A stretch of 64,000 nt of DNA. It comes from Octopus vulgaris (Eukaryota). The stretch spans positions 61,690,001 through 61,754,000 of the forward strand of contig OX597832.1 in the NCBI GenBank assembly GCA_951406725.2, in the 5' to 3' direction. The position numbers were made by a program, and so were the translations under genes. Below the pieces are notes generated by a model. That model did not search any database. It was given only the letters and a program-made list of their open reading frames with translations, and had not been told where the DNA came from. This document shows positions 28,095 to 44,540 of this stretch, in pieces (positions within the stretch are counted from its first letter, which is position 1; each line of letters begins with the position of its first letter).

Positions 28095-28192
28095 GTATAT
28101 ATATATATATATACATACATCTAAACATACATGTATGTAAACACACCCACACACCACACATGTCCACAGACACACACACACATATATATATG

Positions 28193-28263
<71 letters not shown>

Positions 28264-28412
28264 ATGTATATATATATATATATATATATATAGCGAGAGT
28301 CATGCATTCAAAGAAACGCAAATGCACACCCGCACGGACACATATACATATCTTAAATTACATGAAAACCTGCATTCGTACATACACATGTGTGTGTGTG
28401 CCTGTGTGTGCC

Positions 28413-28447
<35 letters not shown>

Positions 28448-28474
28448 ACGATCTGTTCCTTTCTGAAATTTAAT

Positions 28475-28670
28475 AATCCTTTCTATTTATAGGCACAAAC
28501 CCTGAAATTTTGGAGGAGTAAGCTAGTAGATTACATATTATTTCCTCGAACCCGAAAGGATGAAAGGCAAAGCTGACCTCAGCAGAATTTGATCTCTGAT
28601 CGTAATGACAGACAAAAGACGTATATCTATATTTCCCGGAGTGCTAACGTTTCTGCCACCTCACAAACCT
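28475..28670 (-). mobile_element. SINE family A, diverged copy
   Basis: cccgaaaggatgaaaggcaaagctgacctc and gtgctaacgtttctgcca motifs. Confidence 0.75.
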
Positions 28671-28999
28671 CCTGAATGTTAATAATAGCAATAAAAATTT
28701 TATGAAGTTATAAAAGGATTAAAAATTTGAACACTGGTTCAAATCTTTATGTCGAAACGTCCCCGCAAAATGATTTTTGTCAGTATTTATAAAATATATG
28801 ATATATGTAAATACATAGTATTTAATAAATATACACATAATTAGATATACACACGAATAAACACATATATATTTTCATGTATTCATATGCATATCTAACT
28901 AATATATCTTATAAATGTTACACATGAATCTGTGTATGTTTAGTTACATACTCACATACACATATGTCTATATATATATATATATATACATAAACATAG

Positions 29000-29079
<80 letters not shown>

Positions 29080-29798
29080 TATTCAGTCATTTTGTGCAAC
29101 ATATAATTATTATATAAATAAATGTACATTCATATATAGAAGTAAAATATGTTATATATTTATGAAAGTATTGTTCGAAATATATATAATATATATTGTA
29201 TATAGGTCGCAAAATAATTCCATATATTTCGCTCAATATTTATCTTATATATAATTTATATATATATATATACTTACATACATAATACATATATATGTTT
29301 ATATATATATATACACACATTTATATATAGATATGAATTACATTATAAATACTATATATATATACACACACACACACAAACATAGTTGTACAAATGTGGT
29401 GTTTACAGAGTGTATATGATTGTGTGTGTGTGTGTATGTCTTTGTTTGTCTGCGTGACATTTTTTTGTGTGTATCTATCCTTTTAATTTTCTATATATTA
29501 TATCTGTCTCTATAGTATGTGTCTGTTTGTATCTATCAACATATAGTGCGTCTGTATAAATGTAAGGCTGGTCTTTATGCACATTTACAAATGTACCTTT
29601 AATACACATTGCGTCTGCTATTTACTGTAAGTCGGAAAAAAATGACACGCAAAAATGTTCAAATATGGTGAAATTCATAGAATGTACATCTACTTTCCAC
29701 TAATGGTAAACATATGTACAGCTGTTAATGTTGTCAATATATAGATACACAATATTGAAAACTCACATTCACACACATACATGCACAAAGACACACAA

Positions 29799-29882
<84 letters not shown>

Positions 29883-29950
29883 GTATCCTTTTTTGTGTCA
29901 GGCACTTCCAACCGTATAGGTCTATATGTATAAGTACGCATGCTTGTATG

Positions 29951-30002
<52 letters not shown>

Positions 30003-30086
30003 AGAGAGAGAGAGAGAGAGAGAGACATAAATTTCAAAATAAGGTGAATATTTTGATAAGTATATATATTATATAAGTATTTATTT

Positions 30087-30132
<46 letters not shown>

Positions 30133-30153
30133 GTATATTAATATATATGTACG

Positions 30154-30190
<37 letters not shown>

Positions 30191-30282
30191 TGTACGTATA
30201 CATATACAAATACATATACATATATGTATATCTGCATATAGATATATATTATATATTTGTATATATATGTGTTTATATATGT

Positions 30283-30443
<161 letters not shown>

Positions 30444-30472
30444 AACACATATATATATATCTATATGCAGAT

Positions 30473-30506
<34 letters not shown>

Positions 30507-31339
30507 CTGTATATTAATATGTACGCGTACGTACATATTAATATACAGATATATATATATATATATACATACAATAGTACATATATATTAATATACAGAT
30601 ATATATATATATGTGTATATGTATGTATATATATATATATATGTATGTATACATATATATACATATATTATATACGCATACATATATATATGTAAATTCA
30701 TACTTATATAATATATATACTTATATCATAAAATATGTATAATAAGTGGCATATTGTTTATATTGAACTTAAATTTCCATAGACGTATTCGTGGAAGGCG
30801 CAATTTCGAAGTCACTGTTAAATATATCCCTGTAAATATAGGAAAATTAAAATTTACGAAATCTTCCCAGGGTGGTTGTAGATATTTTTACAGAGGAAGC
30901 AGACTCCCTCCTCTCAATAATACCTGATGAACCAGTGACTTGGAATTATGCACTAGTTAGGGCAGGTGGGTACAGCTCGGTCATACACCAAGTGAGCAAA
31001 CAAATGGCGCAATTGCACATGCAGAAGTGCACATGTTCTTGGACACTATATTGAAGAGATTAATAAATGTAGTATCATGCAAAAATGCTACATCAAGGTG
31101 GGGCTCCAGCATGACCACATATACATATTACATTTATATATATATGTATGTGTATATATGTGTGTATATGCATATATGTATGTATATACATACACACACA
31201 TATATATATATATATCTTTATATATGTATAAACAGACACAATCTCACACACACAGACATATATATTATACATATTTATACGCATATATATATACATATTA
31301 CATTTATATATATATGTGTGTATATATGTGTCTATATGC

Positions 31340-31373
<34 letters not shown>

Positions 31374-31901
31374 CTTTATATATGTATAAACAGACACAAT
31401 CTCACACACACAGACATATATATATATACATATATACACACATATATATATATATACATATTTATACGCATATATATATATATCTATAATTGTTTATATA
31501 TACAAATTATATATACATGTGTGTTTATGCATACACACACACACACACACACAGGCATATACATATATGTAAGTGTAAATATATAGAATATATGAGATAA
31601 GGAAATATGTAATTATATTTCTTAGTTGCTAAGTATAACTATTAGATGTGTAAAGGGGCAGTGTGGCAGATTGGTAAGCACACTGTGTCAAGAGTTTAGC
31701 AGCAGTTCGTCTGTCCTTCTGGTCTGCGTTCAAGTTCCACCGACGTGCATTTCACTTCTCTTTTGAAATTGTTAGTCTTGTACCATGATTTGAAGCCATT
31801 AGTATATATACATACATACCTATATCTAGCTATCTATCAACTTCTCTATCTCTTTATCTATCTATTTATCTCTCTAACTATATATATTTTTATTTATATG
31901 C

Positions 31902-31939
<38 letters not shown>

Positions 31940-32306
31940 ATGTATGTATACACAGACGCATATATTTATATGCATTATGTCAATATATATGCATACATAA
32001 AAACCGAAGTAAACATTCGCACAAATGTATGTATATATGCATACATACATACATACATACAAATATACGTACATACATCTGTCTATTTATCTATATGTAT
32101 AGATGTGTGTGTATGTGTAAGTGTGTGTGTATTTTTGTATCTGCGCTTTATCCTTCCATTACTTGACAACCAATGTGGGTTTGTTTTCATCCCGCAACTT
32201 ATCGGTTCGTCTAAATATAGATAGATAGGTAGAAAGATAGATCAATAAATTGATAGACCGATAGATAGATAAAAAGATAGATAGACAAACAGACAGGCAG
32301 ACAGAC

Positions 32307-32396
<90 letters not shown>

Positions 32397-32439
32397 TGAC
32401 TTCTGTGCCAAATAATAATAAAGATGATGACCATAATAC

Positions 32440-32642
32440 TTACTGATATAGGCAGAACGCCTGTAAATTGGTGGAGGGGTATGGACGATCGACTCTAGTG
32501 TTTGTTACTCAATTTACTGGCCTCGAATCGATGCAGGTGGAATTTGTCGACCTCGGTGGAATTTGAACTCAGGACGTAGCGGCAGACGAAAACCGCTAAG
32601 CATTTCGTCCGGCATGCTAGCGATTCTGCCAGCTCACCGCTT
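32440..32642 (-). mobile_element. SINE family A copy abutting (AAT)n/(GAT)n
   Basis: ggaatttgaactcaggacgtagcggcagacgaaaaccgctaagcatttcg...gctcaccgc. Confidence 0.85.
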
Positions 32643-32662
32643 TAATAATAATAATAATAATT

Positions 32663-32748
<86 letters not shown>

Positions 32749-32802
32749 TAATAATAATAATAAAAAATAATGATGATGATGATGATGACGACGACGACGA
32801 TA

Positions 32803-32854
<52 letters not shown>

Positions 32855-32897
32855 CGATGATAATGATGATAATATTAATATTATTATTATTATTATT

Positions 32898-32970
<73 letters not shown>

Positions 32971-32978
32971 TGATGTTA

Positions 32979-33012
<34 letters not shown>

Positions 33013-33273
33013 CCTAATAGTTTAATGAAGGATATGTTGCAATATCATCTTGTTTTCTTACCCTTCTTAAATTTATTAATTTCTCTCTTCTATTGCGAAT
33101 GCGGAATTTTCTGATTACAGCGGTCGTCACAAATCATTATGCGTTGTATATAATGTTGGGAAGTTAATTTAATCTAGGTTTCATGATAGCCTAACTGGAA
33201 TTGTTGGACAAATTTCCAACATCCTTTTGTTGTACCTGTGTGTATACGTGTATAAGCGAGAACGCATCAGTGT

Positions 33274-33318
<45 letters not shown>

Positions 33319-33651
33319 TGTGTGTACGTGTTTGTGTGTTGAGAGTATGTATCACCGTCAAAACGTTATCCGTTATAACCCATGGATGTATGTGTATGAC
33401 CATAAATTCACATATGCGCTTGCGTTAGTGCGTGTGTATGTTTCCGTGTATGATAGTATATAATATCAAATTTGAATATGTCTAGCAATCTATTCGTGCC
33501 ATTCTATCTAATAGAAAGTCTTTCACCACACGCACATGCACACACGCACACGCACACGAATACATACACAAATACACACACACAGACGCACACACATGTA
33601 CATGCATATACATATGTGTGTATAAATATATATATATATATATATGCACAC

Positions 33652-33694
<43 letters not shown>

Positions 33695-33870
33695 CATATA
33701 CACACACACACTTAGGTCTATACACATACACTATAGGTATATATGTTTATGAATATGTATATTATATATAAATATATATAAAAGTTTTCAATAATAATTC
33801 ATACATATATATGTATAGATATTATGATATATACATGCATACATATATATATACATATACATACATATAC

Positions 33871-34018
<148 letters not shown>

Positions 34019-34950
34019 ATACATACATACACGACTGCTTAATAAAGCGATAGACTATGATGTTTGTCGTCCCATACGGTGTTGGTGTGTTTACCTCACT
34101 ATACCTTACTCTTTGGGCTAAAAATACGATGTCATAAGTTTCAAATTAACAAATAACCCTGGGGTCGATACACTCGGCAACAATTCTTCCATGGGTAATA
34201 TACACGCACACACAAAAATACACACGCATACACACCAATAGATAGTTAGATAGATAGATACATAAGTACATGAGTACACACATACATATATGTCATTAGC
34301 TATCTATCTATCCCTCTATTTGTACTCATATATATGTGTGTGTTTATATACATGTATATATATATTTGTGTGTGTAAGGATATATATATATATACATGTA
34401 AGTATTTGTATATACACAGTTATATACATATGAGTAAATAAGACATACATATATATATACGTACATACGTATATATATATATATGCATATATATATATAT
34501 ACATACATATGTATATAGATATATAGATATATATGTACGTAAATGTGTATATCTTCTTATCAAAATATATATACGCATCAGCATATATATATTTGTATAT
34601 ATCTGTTTATATATATATGTGTGTGTGTGTTTGTGTGTGTGTGTGCGTGGTGTGTGTGTGTGAATAGAAAAATATATATTTATATACGCTCATATACATG
34701 AATATAAAATGTTAAATTTTATACATAATTATACCATATTTCAAGTATATACGGTAAACATATATTTAATTATAAAATCATAAATATGTTTATAGGCACC
34801 TAATTATATTATATATGTTTGCATATATTTATGTATATATATACATACACAAATATACATATCCATATATTTATACATATACTTATATATATGTACATAT
34901 ACATATATATTTGTATATATACATACATTTATATATATATATGTATATAC

Positions 34951-35025
<75 letters not shown>

Positions 35026-35099
35026 TATATATATATATGATTGATTGATTGATTGATTCTAGTTTCAGCTCATGAGCTGTGGCCATGCTGGGGCACGCC

Positions 35100-35137
<38 letters not shown>

Positions 35138-35151
35138 TATAATTGTATATA

Positions 35152-35192
<41 letters not shown>

Positions 35193-35194
<2 letters not shown>

Positions 35195-35392
35195 TTTATT
35201 TTGAAAATTCAACAAAATCTGTTATTGATTCTAGTTGCCGTTCATCAGACAGTTTTGCTGAATCTGGCAAAAACTGTCTGATGAACGGCGAGAAACTCGC
35301 AGATTTTGTTGAATATATATATATATAAAGCATATTACTCTACCACTGGTATTTGAGTACTCTTTTTCCACCTTGTTTCACATTTATGTGTT

Positions 35393-35395
<3 letters not shown>
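35193..35395. mobile_element. Palindromic short element with two divergent, decayed hammerhead half-motifs
   Basis: TCATCAG at 35242-35248 and CTGATGA at 35278-35284 lie in inverted arms (gccgttcatcagacagttttg / caaaaactgtctgatgaacggc). The tail 35325-35395 is the reverse complement of about 63403-63465. Confidence 0.6.
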
Positions 35396-35430
<35 letters not shown>

Positions 35431-36042
35431 GTATATGTGAATATATATACATATATATATATATATAGGCATACATGTTTATATGGATATGTATGTATAT
35501 ATGTATATATACACTCACACACACAAGCACACACGCACACAAAGATATAACATTCTTGTAATTCTGGAAGTCACACATACTTTATAACTACAATGCATTT
35601 CTCAGACCTTGATCTTCTTCTGACGGTATCTCTTCCTCAGGATATTTCATACATCGTAAGTGATATATAATCTGAGGGCATTACTACGTTTTTCTTAGAT
35701 ATATATTTCTGATATAGTTTGTTATAATTTACATATCATTTTTAATTACTTTTCCACCAAATTGGAAGCCGAATTTTGTTAGTCGATATAGAATATGGGA
35801 TACACAGTTTTGCCCATTTCCTTCGGGCCCTCATTAAGTTCTCCTTTCAAATCGCGCCTTGTCGCATTTGCATTACATCCGCCACTGCAAAACACGACAC
35901 ATTTCAAATGATAGAATCAGCGTATAAAATTTTAATAAATATGTTATAAACATTATGTCCACGCGCGCGCGCACACACACACACACACATATGTATATAT
36001 ATATGTTTATATATATATACACATATATGTATATATATATAT

Positions 36043-36091
<49 letters not shown>

Positions 36092-36175
36092 TATATACAC
36101 ATATATATATACTTATATATATATAAGTATATATATATGCATACATGTATATATATATCTATAGATATATTCGTG

Positions 36176-36227
<52 letters not shown>

Positions 36228-36266
36228 CATATGTATCTATCTATATTTATATATAGATATTTATAA

Positions 36267-36299
<33 letters not shown>

Positions 36300-36612
36300 C
36301 GTGTGTACCTATACATATATGCGTGTAGAGAGAAAGAGAAGAAGAGACAGAGACAGTGTGACACAGCGATGTATAAGACTATAAAGATATTTGGATAAAC
36401 TTTTAGGTGGATAAAGTGTAGATATGTTGCTAGCTTCAGGTACATACTCCACACACACACAAACACACACACACGCACACACAATTAAGTACATTCTTGA
36501 GAGTGTTTTTTCCAAGGGTATGTACGCATCTATTCATATAAAACAATTTATACATAAACAGTTCCCTTTATTCATAAACATATTAAAAATTATACATTAA
36601 TTCATATATGTA

Positions 36613-36685
<73 letters not shown>

Positions 36686-36818
36686 GTGTATAGTACATTC
36701 ATTGTTATACATACATATATATATTTGCACGTAATACTTGCGGATATATATAAGTTTGTATAATATACTATATACATATATACGTAAATACGTGTATATG
36801 TGCATGTATGTATATATA

Positions 36819-36876
<58 letters not shown>

Positions 36877-37712
36877 CATACATATACATATGTATATGTA
36901 CGTATACGTATGTATGTATATGTATGTAAGTACATTTGCACGTAATCATATTTACCTCTAGGTGTATTAATATATGCTTTTAGATATATATGAATATATA
37001 CATGTACGTATACCTATGTATGTATATAAATATATATACATATACACACACACATATATATATATATGTCCTTATACATTCATATCAATATACACATATG
37101 TATATTAACATATATTTCCGCATATGCATAGACAGACAGATAGATGGATAGTTACATAGATATTTGCTTGTGTGTATAAATACAGAGATACATTGATATA
37201 TATACAAGAAATCTTATGTATGTGTCTATGCATATGTGCCTGAACACGCCTCCACGTCTATTAAAAATCACATCAGCAAACGTTCCCGCAATGTGATTCT
37301 AACTCACGCTGCAACAGCTAGCTGTTTTCGCTTAATAGCGAACGACCATCATAATATCATCCTATCTTCACCTCTGACTGTGGACCGGTTCCATGTCTTA
37401 AGTGGATATTTTTAGTATCGTAATATACAAAGTATCTTCGTCTATGTAGTCTAGCGGTGTAATATTTAAGAATGTAATCACGGAAACAATATGAGAAATA
37501 TAAAAGATGTGCAGATAATGTAAATATAACATGGGCACAGAAAGATATAAACGCATGCATTAGTGTGTCTGTGTGTGTGTGTATAGGCATGTCAATGACC
37601 TTACTTTCTAAACACATTTATCCACAAATATACCAACATTTCCAAGGATACACACACGTCAGTGTCTAATTATATACATTCATACATACATACATATATA
37701 TATGTATGCATA

Positions 37713-37754
<42 letters not shown>

Positions 37755-37758
<4 letters not shown>

Positions 37759-37948
37759 ATCCAAACAAGAAAGCACAAAAAAAACACAACGACGCGAGGA
37801 CGTGGAACAAATATAGTATTATTGGACACTCAGGAAAGAAGGAAAGAAGGAGGGTGTAACGTTTCGAGCGGAGCTCTTCGTCGGAAACATAGGAAAAGGA
37901 AAGATCCAGAGAAGGGAAGACAGAGGAAAAAAATCGCCAACGGTACAC
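37755..37948 (-). mobile_element. About 190-bp (TA)n-embedded repeat with a mutated hammerhead motif
   Basis: Near-identical reverse complement of 59956-60135. The core reads CCGACGA rather than CTGACGA. Confidence 0.75.
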
Positions 37949-38010
37949 ACATATATACCTATATAATCCTATGTATAAATATACATAAGTATGCCTGTGT
38001 ATATGTTTGA

Positions 38011-38041
<31 letters not shown>

Positions 38042-38079
38042 CATATATATGTGTATATAGATATGTACATATCTATGAT

Positions 38080-38159
<80 letters not shown>

Positions 38160-38458
38160 TATATACATATAATCATATATGTCTGTCTTTCTGCTTCTTT
38201 CTTTCTCTCTCCCTCTCTTTCTCTCTTTCTATCTACTCCTATTTACGTATAACGTAAATGAGTACACATACGCACATTAAAATGCAAAAATATACACATA
38301 TAGGCTTGAACACACGATACTATACACACAGTCGATGTAAAAGCAGACGTTCATATATAGAGGAACGTGATGTCCTCCGTCATATGCAAAAATATATATA
38401 TATATTTATATGTATATATATATATACATATGTATATATATATATATATAACTATATA

Positions 38459-38529
<71 letters not shown>

Positions 38530-38661
38530 TATACATAGATAGATAGATAGATTATAGATACATACATACATATATAAATATAAATAAGTATACATGCATG
38601 TATTTAAGTGCATACGTATGTCTCTCTCCCTCTCCTTTCTGTATATATACATATATATATT

Positions 38662-38769
<108 letters not shown>

Positions 38770-38963
38770 TAGATAGATAGATAGATAGATACATATATAT
38801 AATATATGTATATATAGATATAGCTATATATATACATACATACATGTTTGTATGTATATGTATATATATTTAACAACGATTGCCCAGCATAGCCACAGTT
38901 CTCGAACTAAAACAATTATATATATACATATATACACACACATATATATGCATATATAAATAT

Positions 38964-39013
<50 letters not shown>

Positions 39014-39569
39014 TTTATATATATATATATATATGTATATTTATGTGTATATGTATATTTGTATATATACTAGTATGCATGTGTGTATGTATACGCATAT
39101 TCATACATTCATAGACTTACGTATGTATACACTACGTGTGTCTGTGTATGTGCATGCGCGCATTTGGTTAAAATTCTTTTGTCTAGCGCAGTTTTAAAGA
39201 AAGCAACAATTAGTCAAGTCGTAGCGAAATGGTAGTTAGTTCCCCCCTCATCTCAATGCAGTCACTCAAAGACACATAGAAGCATAACGTAATGGCATCC
39301 GATTCCTTTTCTTCCTCTTTTTTTTTATCCCTGTTATATGGTTACATGCAGGCGACTCACACGCATAAAGTACACCTATTTTCTGCACATACAGTAGAAG
39401 ACACACACACAGGCATGCTTATATACATAGATTAATGCATACACACACACACATAATCACACATACAATCACACACACACATACACATACACAAACATAC
39501 ACACACACATAAATATATAAGCATATACATATATGCAAATAAGTATATAGAAATATATATGCATGCATA

Positions 39570-40784
39570 GATGATGCGAATGAGAAAATTTAATATTCAA
39601 TTAATGTTCGTAAGTTCACGCACGCGCGTTTTATGTTTTTGATTTTGTCGTTTAAACAGACTAGTAGGGTTTGTTGGGCACCGTCTGTGATGCACTATAG
39701 CACATTCCATCCTGCCAGATATTTTATAAACGACCAGGTGTACTGCCTAGCATTCGAACCAGACGCTCTGATATGAACATTTCAGAGTGTTTGGGTGTCA
39801 ATCTGAGGACAGTGCAGAGGATTTGAAAAGAGTTGGATGAGTCCAATGGTGATAATGAAGGTACGGAAGCCCAGAAAAGTGTGATCTAGGCCATGATTAA
39901 CAACGCACCCTCCAAGTGAATCAGGTCCATCGTTAGGTACATGAAAGTGTTTGAGTTTCATATCAGGCAGGTAGTGCATGAAGACATTCGATATTCCTCA
40001 TACAAGATAAGGGCCAATTTAGTTTATCCCAATCCATCAAGAAGAGGAGGAAAGACCACGCTACGAAGCTTTTCAATAAAATCAATCATCCCCTCCAGCC
40101 AAACATAATTTGTTTTTTCTTAGGCGAGAAAAATGTCCGCCAGGGTCAGATGGTGAACCCACAGAGAAACTGTTGGCTTGCCGTGTCCCCCCTCCCAAGA
40201 TGTACCGTGAGTGATAAAAAGGAAACATCCAGTCAATATCATGTTTGGATAGATCACTAGTGATGCCATCGTTATGCTTCCATTCATCTTCCCAAATGGC
40301 CTCACACTAAAGACAAAGGCCTACATCAAGTGCATGGAGGAGGCGGTGCTACCTTGGGTCAAGACGGTGGCTACTGGAACACCCTATATCTGGCAACACG
40401 ACTCTGCACCATGCTACGCAAGCACAAGGACTCAGTCATGGCTATCAGACGATGTCTGCGACCACATCACTCCTAGCATCTGGCCACCTAACTCCCCAGA
40501 CTGCAACCCCCTTAATTATTATGTGTGGAGCGCAGTTGAGCGAGACACCTTGTAACACCAAAGATGAACCGGAGGCAAGGATTATGGCAGCATACACGAA
40601 CTTAAACACCTGAAGAGCTGCAGGAGATTCTGAAGTTATCTGGAGGCAATTTTATTGAATAAGTTTTCTGTTTAGTATTTCAAAACATTTTAATGAAATT
40701 TCGGTAAATATATCTGTTAAAATGAGATGTCAGTGTTGTTTGAATTTTTGCACAACTTAGACGACAATCCATTCACCGCACCCT

Positions 40785-40785
<1 letters not shown>
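39570..40785 (+). mobile_element. Degenerate maT/DD37D-type Tc1/mariner transposon
   Basis: ORF 40274-40555 reads WQHDSAPC...WPPNSPDCNPLNYYVW, with 37 residues between the second catalytic D and the third position (here N). Upstream frames are broken and the left boundary is approximate. Confidence 0.85.
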
Positions 40786-40876
<91 letters not shown>

Positions 40877-40931
40877 GCATGTGTGTGTGTGTCAGTGTAT
40901 GTGTGTGTGTGTATGTCTGTCTGTCTGTATG

Positions 40932-40977
<46 letters not shown>

Positions 40978-41226
40978 CTTATATACTTATGCATACATGA
41001 GCATACATATATGGATATATATTTTCTGTCAGAGGTTAAATGAGGAAAAGAGAACTCAATAGATATATTTTGGTGTAAGTTTACATCTTAATTAAACAAT
41101 CACGATCCACTACTAACCGTTTCTCAAACAATGTCATGCGCACCGAACGATTGCAGACGAGGTATACACAGGCATTCAGAATCGAGTATGAACGCACGCA
41201 CACACACACACACACACACTCACACA

Positions 41227-41290
<64 letters not shown>

Positions 41291-42055
41291 AACAAGGAAA
41301 CACTCGTACAAGGGCACAAATTCGAAATCGTATATACTCACAAACATGCAAACAATTTCACATGTTTACGTACGTCTGGACACAGGCGTACCTCAAGAAA
41401 ACCCGTTTACCAATATTATACTCAGAAACGTAAAAAGAACACTTCACGCTGACCATGAGACAAAATTGAATCAACAGTGTCCTAACTGAGGTATATTCAA
41501 TACTGAATGCATTCTAGCTAAGATCAGGTCACTTTTGGTCAAAATGTCAACTGTAAAGAAAATGGTTTACGAAAATTGTTATACATGTTTAAACTCACAG
41601 CCATACTGCTTTGGTTTATGAATTTCATTAACTTGTCTATACATTTAAGACATAGGTGAAAATTTGGAAATATAAATAGAATTTCCTCAATTTGAACTCG
41701 GAACGTAACGGCAGACGAAATAGCGCTAAGTATCCCGCCCGGCGTGCTAAAGGTTCTGCCAGCTCGCTGCCTGAATTTTTACATTTAGTTTTAGTTTTAA
41801 TTTTACCTTTAGAGTTACCTCCCTTCTGTGGAGTAACTGTTCCAATTAATTATAAACATGTTTCAAGAAAATTGAAATACTTCCAGTCGACTTCCTATCA
41901 ACCATCTAATTATGTGCTTTCCGAAAATATTTGGTATGGTTACGCATACTTTTGAATGCACACATTTTTGTGCGTATGTGTGTGTATATATATATGTGTG
42001 TGTGTGAGTGTGTGTGTGTGTGTGTGTGTGCGTACATGTGTGTGTATGTATGTAT

Positions 42056-42089
<34 letters not shown>

Positions 42090-42093
<4 letters not shown>

Positions 42094-42320
42094 GGTCCGA
42101 GGGTGTAGTAGAAGACACTTGCGCAAGGTACCATACACTGGGACTGAAAGAGGAACCACGTGGTTTGGAAGCAGCTTCTTACCATACAGCCACGCCTACG
42201 CATATAGTAAAAAATTGGGCTCTAGCCAGTATGGCTGTTGCATGTGTTTGTGCCCCCAACATCGCTTGACAATCGATGCATGTGTGTTTACGTCCCCGTA
42301 ACTCAGTGGTTCGGCAAAAA
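42090..42320. mobile_element. Two SINE family B fragments in opposite orientations
   Basis: tagtagaagacacttgcgcaaggt...accatacagccac (minus head), then cccccaacatcgcttgacaatcgatg...tttacgtccccgtaact (plus body). Confidence 0.75.
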
Positions 42321-42536
42321 AGTGTATTCCGGTATTACTAGGCATCATCAGGGAGTAATAGTATAGCACACGGTGTTCTAGATAGGTTAATGATATACAC
42401 ACGACATTTGTGAAGGTCTCTAAGATAATGGCGTATGTATCCGAGAGGATAAGTCTATGAATATTTTCGATATATATTTGGGTGTATATGTGAACGTATC
42501 TGTATATACGTATACATAGATGTGTGTGTATATACA

Positions 42537-42619
<83 letters not shown>

Positions 42620-43659
42620 ATACATACATACACACGCTAATACATTATTATTAGCATCTTTTTGGTTCAATTATAATAAAAACAAGACTATTCAAATGGT
42701 TGCAAGACGCAACGAAAATTTTAGGAAAATAAAAATAAGAAATAAGTGGAAATTTTACCGGTGAGTGTGTTACATTATAAGGCACAAAAAGAAAATGACT
42801 CTCTCCAGACACAACAGAATATGCTTCAACACACGAACTCATATAAAGAATCTTGCAAACCAAATCCAAAAACGAAATATAATAAAGACAATTTTACATT
42901 AATCTGAAAGATTACTCTCTATTTTTGTAGAGTAAAAAATTATTATTCTTTAACAATAGTAGTGACATCGAAGTTTCGGCCAACCAAGCCAGCATGTACT
43001 TATATATGTATGTGTGTTATTGAGTGTGTGTATGCATACTGATATACATATATGAGTAGGAAAGTTCACACACACACACTCATATGTACGTATGTGTGAG
43101 CGTATACAAAGGCTACACATATATTTCTAACTATGAGACATATTGATCGAGATAACACAATGCCTATGTGCATATGTGTGTCCGTACACGTTACAGACAA
43201 AGAGAGAAAACATATATATATATATATACATGTGTGTTTATATATATATACATATATACATACACGTAGTAATGTGTAAAAAATAAAGTAATCAAAAACA
43301 GGTTTATTCAGTTGTATTTTATGACAGACATTTTCAGTGATGGCGGAGTTATCGAAATTGTCGATTTGTATTCTACCAGCCACGGTACCCTCCCATTTCT
43401 GACTATTGAGTAGACGAAATCAATATACTCGTGCTTGATTTATTAGTAGTACAGACGCTTCCTCTAGCAATATTATTGTATAATGCAGACGGTTGAGAGC
43501 CAGCAACAGTTACAGCATTGTTTGTATTCAATATTTCACAAGTTTTAACTTCGTATCTTTACGATCTGGAGTCGGGTTTCGACGTATTTTTGACCTTGTC
43601 TTGCGGGTTGGCTGGCCAGAAACAGTAAATCGTCGGGTGAAGCATCTCACACTATTTCG

Positions 43660-44244
43660 AGGGTTCTTCTAATGTTCTGAGTTCAAATCCTAGTCGAAAG
43701 AAATGTTATCTTTTTATTCCACTTAAATTCATAATAAAAATACCAGTCATGCACTGGGAGCAATATAATTGATTATAGTTAATCTTCAAAAGTTTCAACC
43801 GCATACTAATTAAGAAATCGATGTGATTAGAGATATAATGACATATTAGAGACCAGGGAGTCTATTAAATATGCATTTCATCTTGTTTATTATTTTCCTT
43901 ATCTCTTTAAGGCCGCAAACTTGCAAAACCGTTGCCTACCGGTATTTCGTCCGTCTTCAAGTTCTCTGTTTGAATTCCGACGAAGTCCGCTTTCCGTTTC
44001 ATCGTTTCAGGACCATAAAATAAGTACCAGTTACTAACTGAGGACGAGGTAATTGACTCCCGACTCGACTCAACAAACTACTGCCCCGTACCAAACTTTG
44101 GTACCATTATTTTCTGTGTTCCGCAAATTTTCCGGTAACGAAGGCTAACAGGAAAGTGCCATTTAACCTGGATGATGGGTAGTTCATGCATGCATTGTAT
44201 AAATTTTGAATTTGGGTTTACGTGATCATAAATTATTATTATTA

Positions 44245-44323
<79 letters not shown>

Positions 44324-44540
44324 GCAGTAACAAATGCTGTGTATTAGCAGAATCGTTACTGTGCCCGACAAAATGCCGTTATGCATTTTTCTGGTTCTTT
44401 ACGTTATGAGCTCAAATCCAGCTGAAGTCGATGCTGCCTTTTATTGATACAATAATGCACCACTTGAGCATTGGGGTCCACGTAATGGTCTGTTCCTCCC
44501 CACCTCAAAATGTTTATGAAGACCCTGTGCAAGAATTAGG
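43660..44540 (+). mobile_element. Cluster of diverged SINE family A copies around an (ATT)n tract
   Basis: gttctgagttcaaatcc, aataagtaccagtt and gcagaatcgtta motifs. Confidence 0.65.

Noticed and set aside
30924-30970. CTGATGA followed by an ACCAGTG/CACTAGT stem
   Set aside because: The GAAAC half and cleavage triplet are missing. At most it is a dead hammerhead relic.
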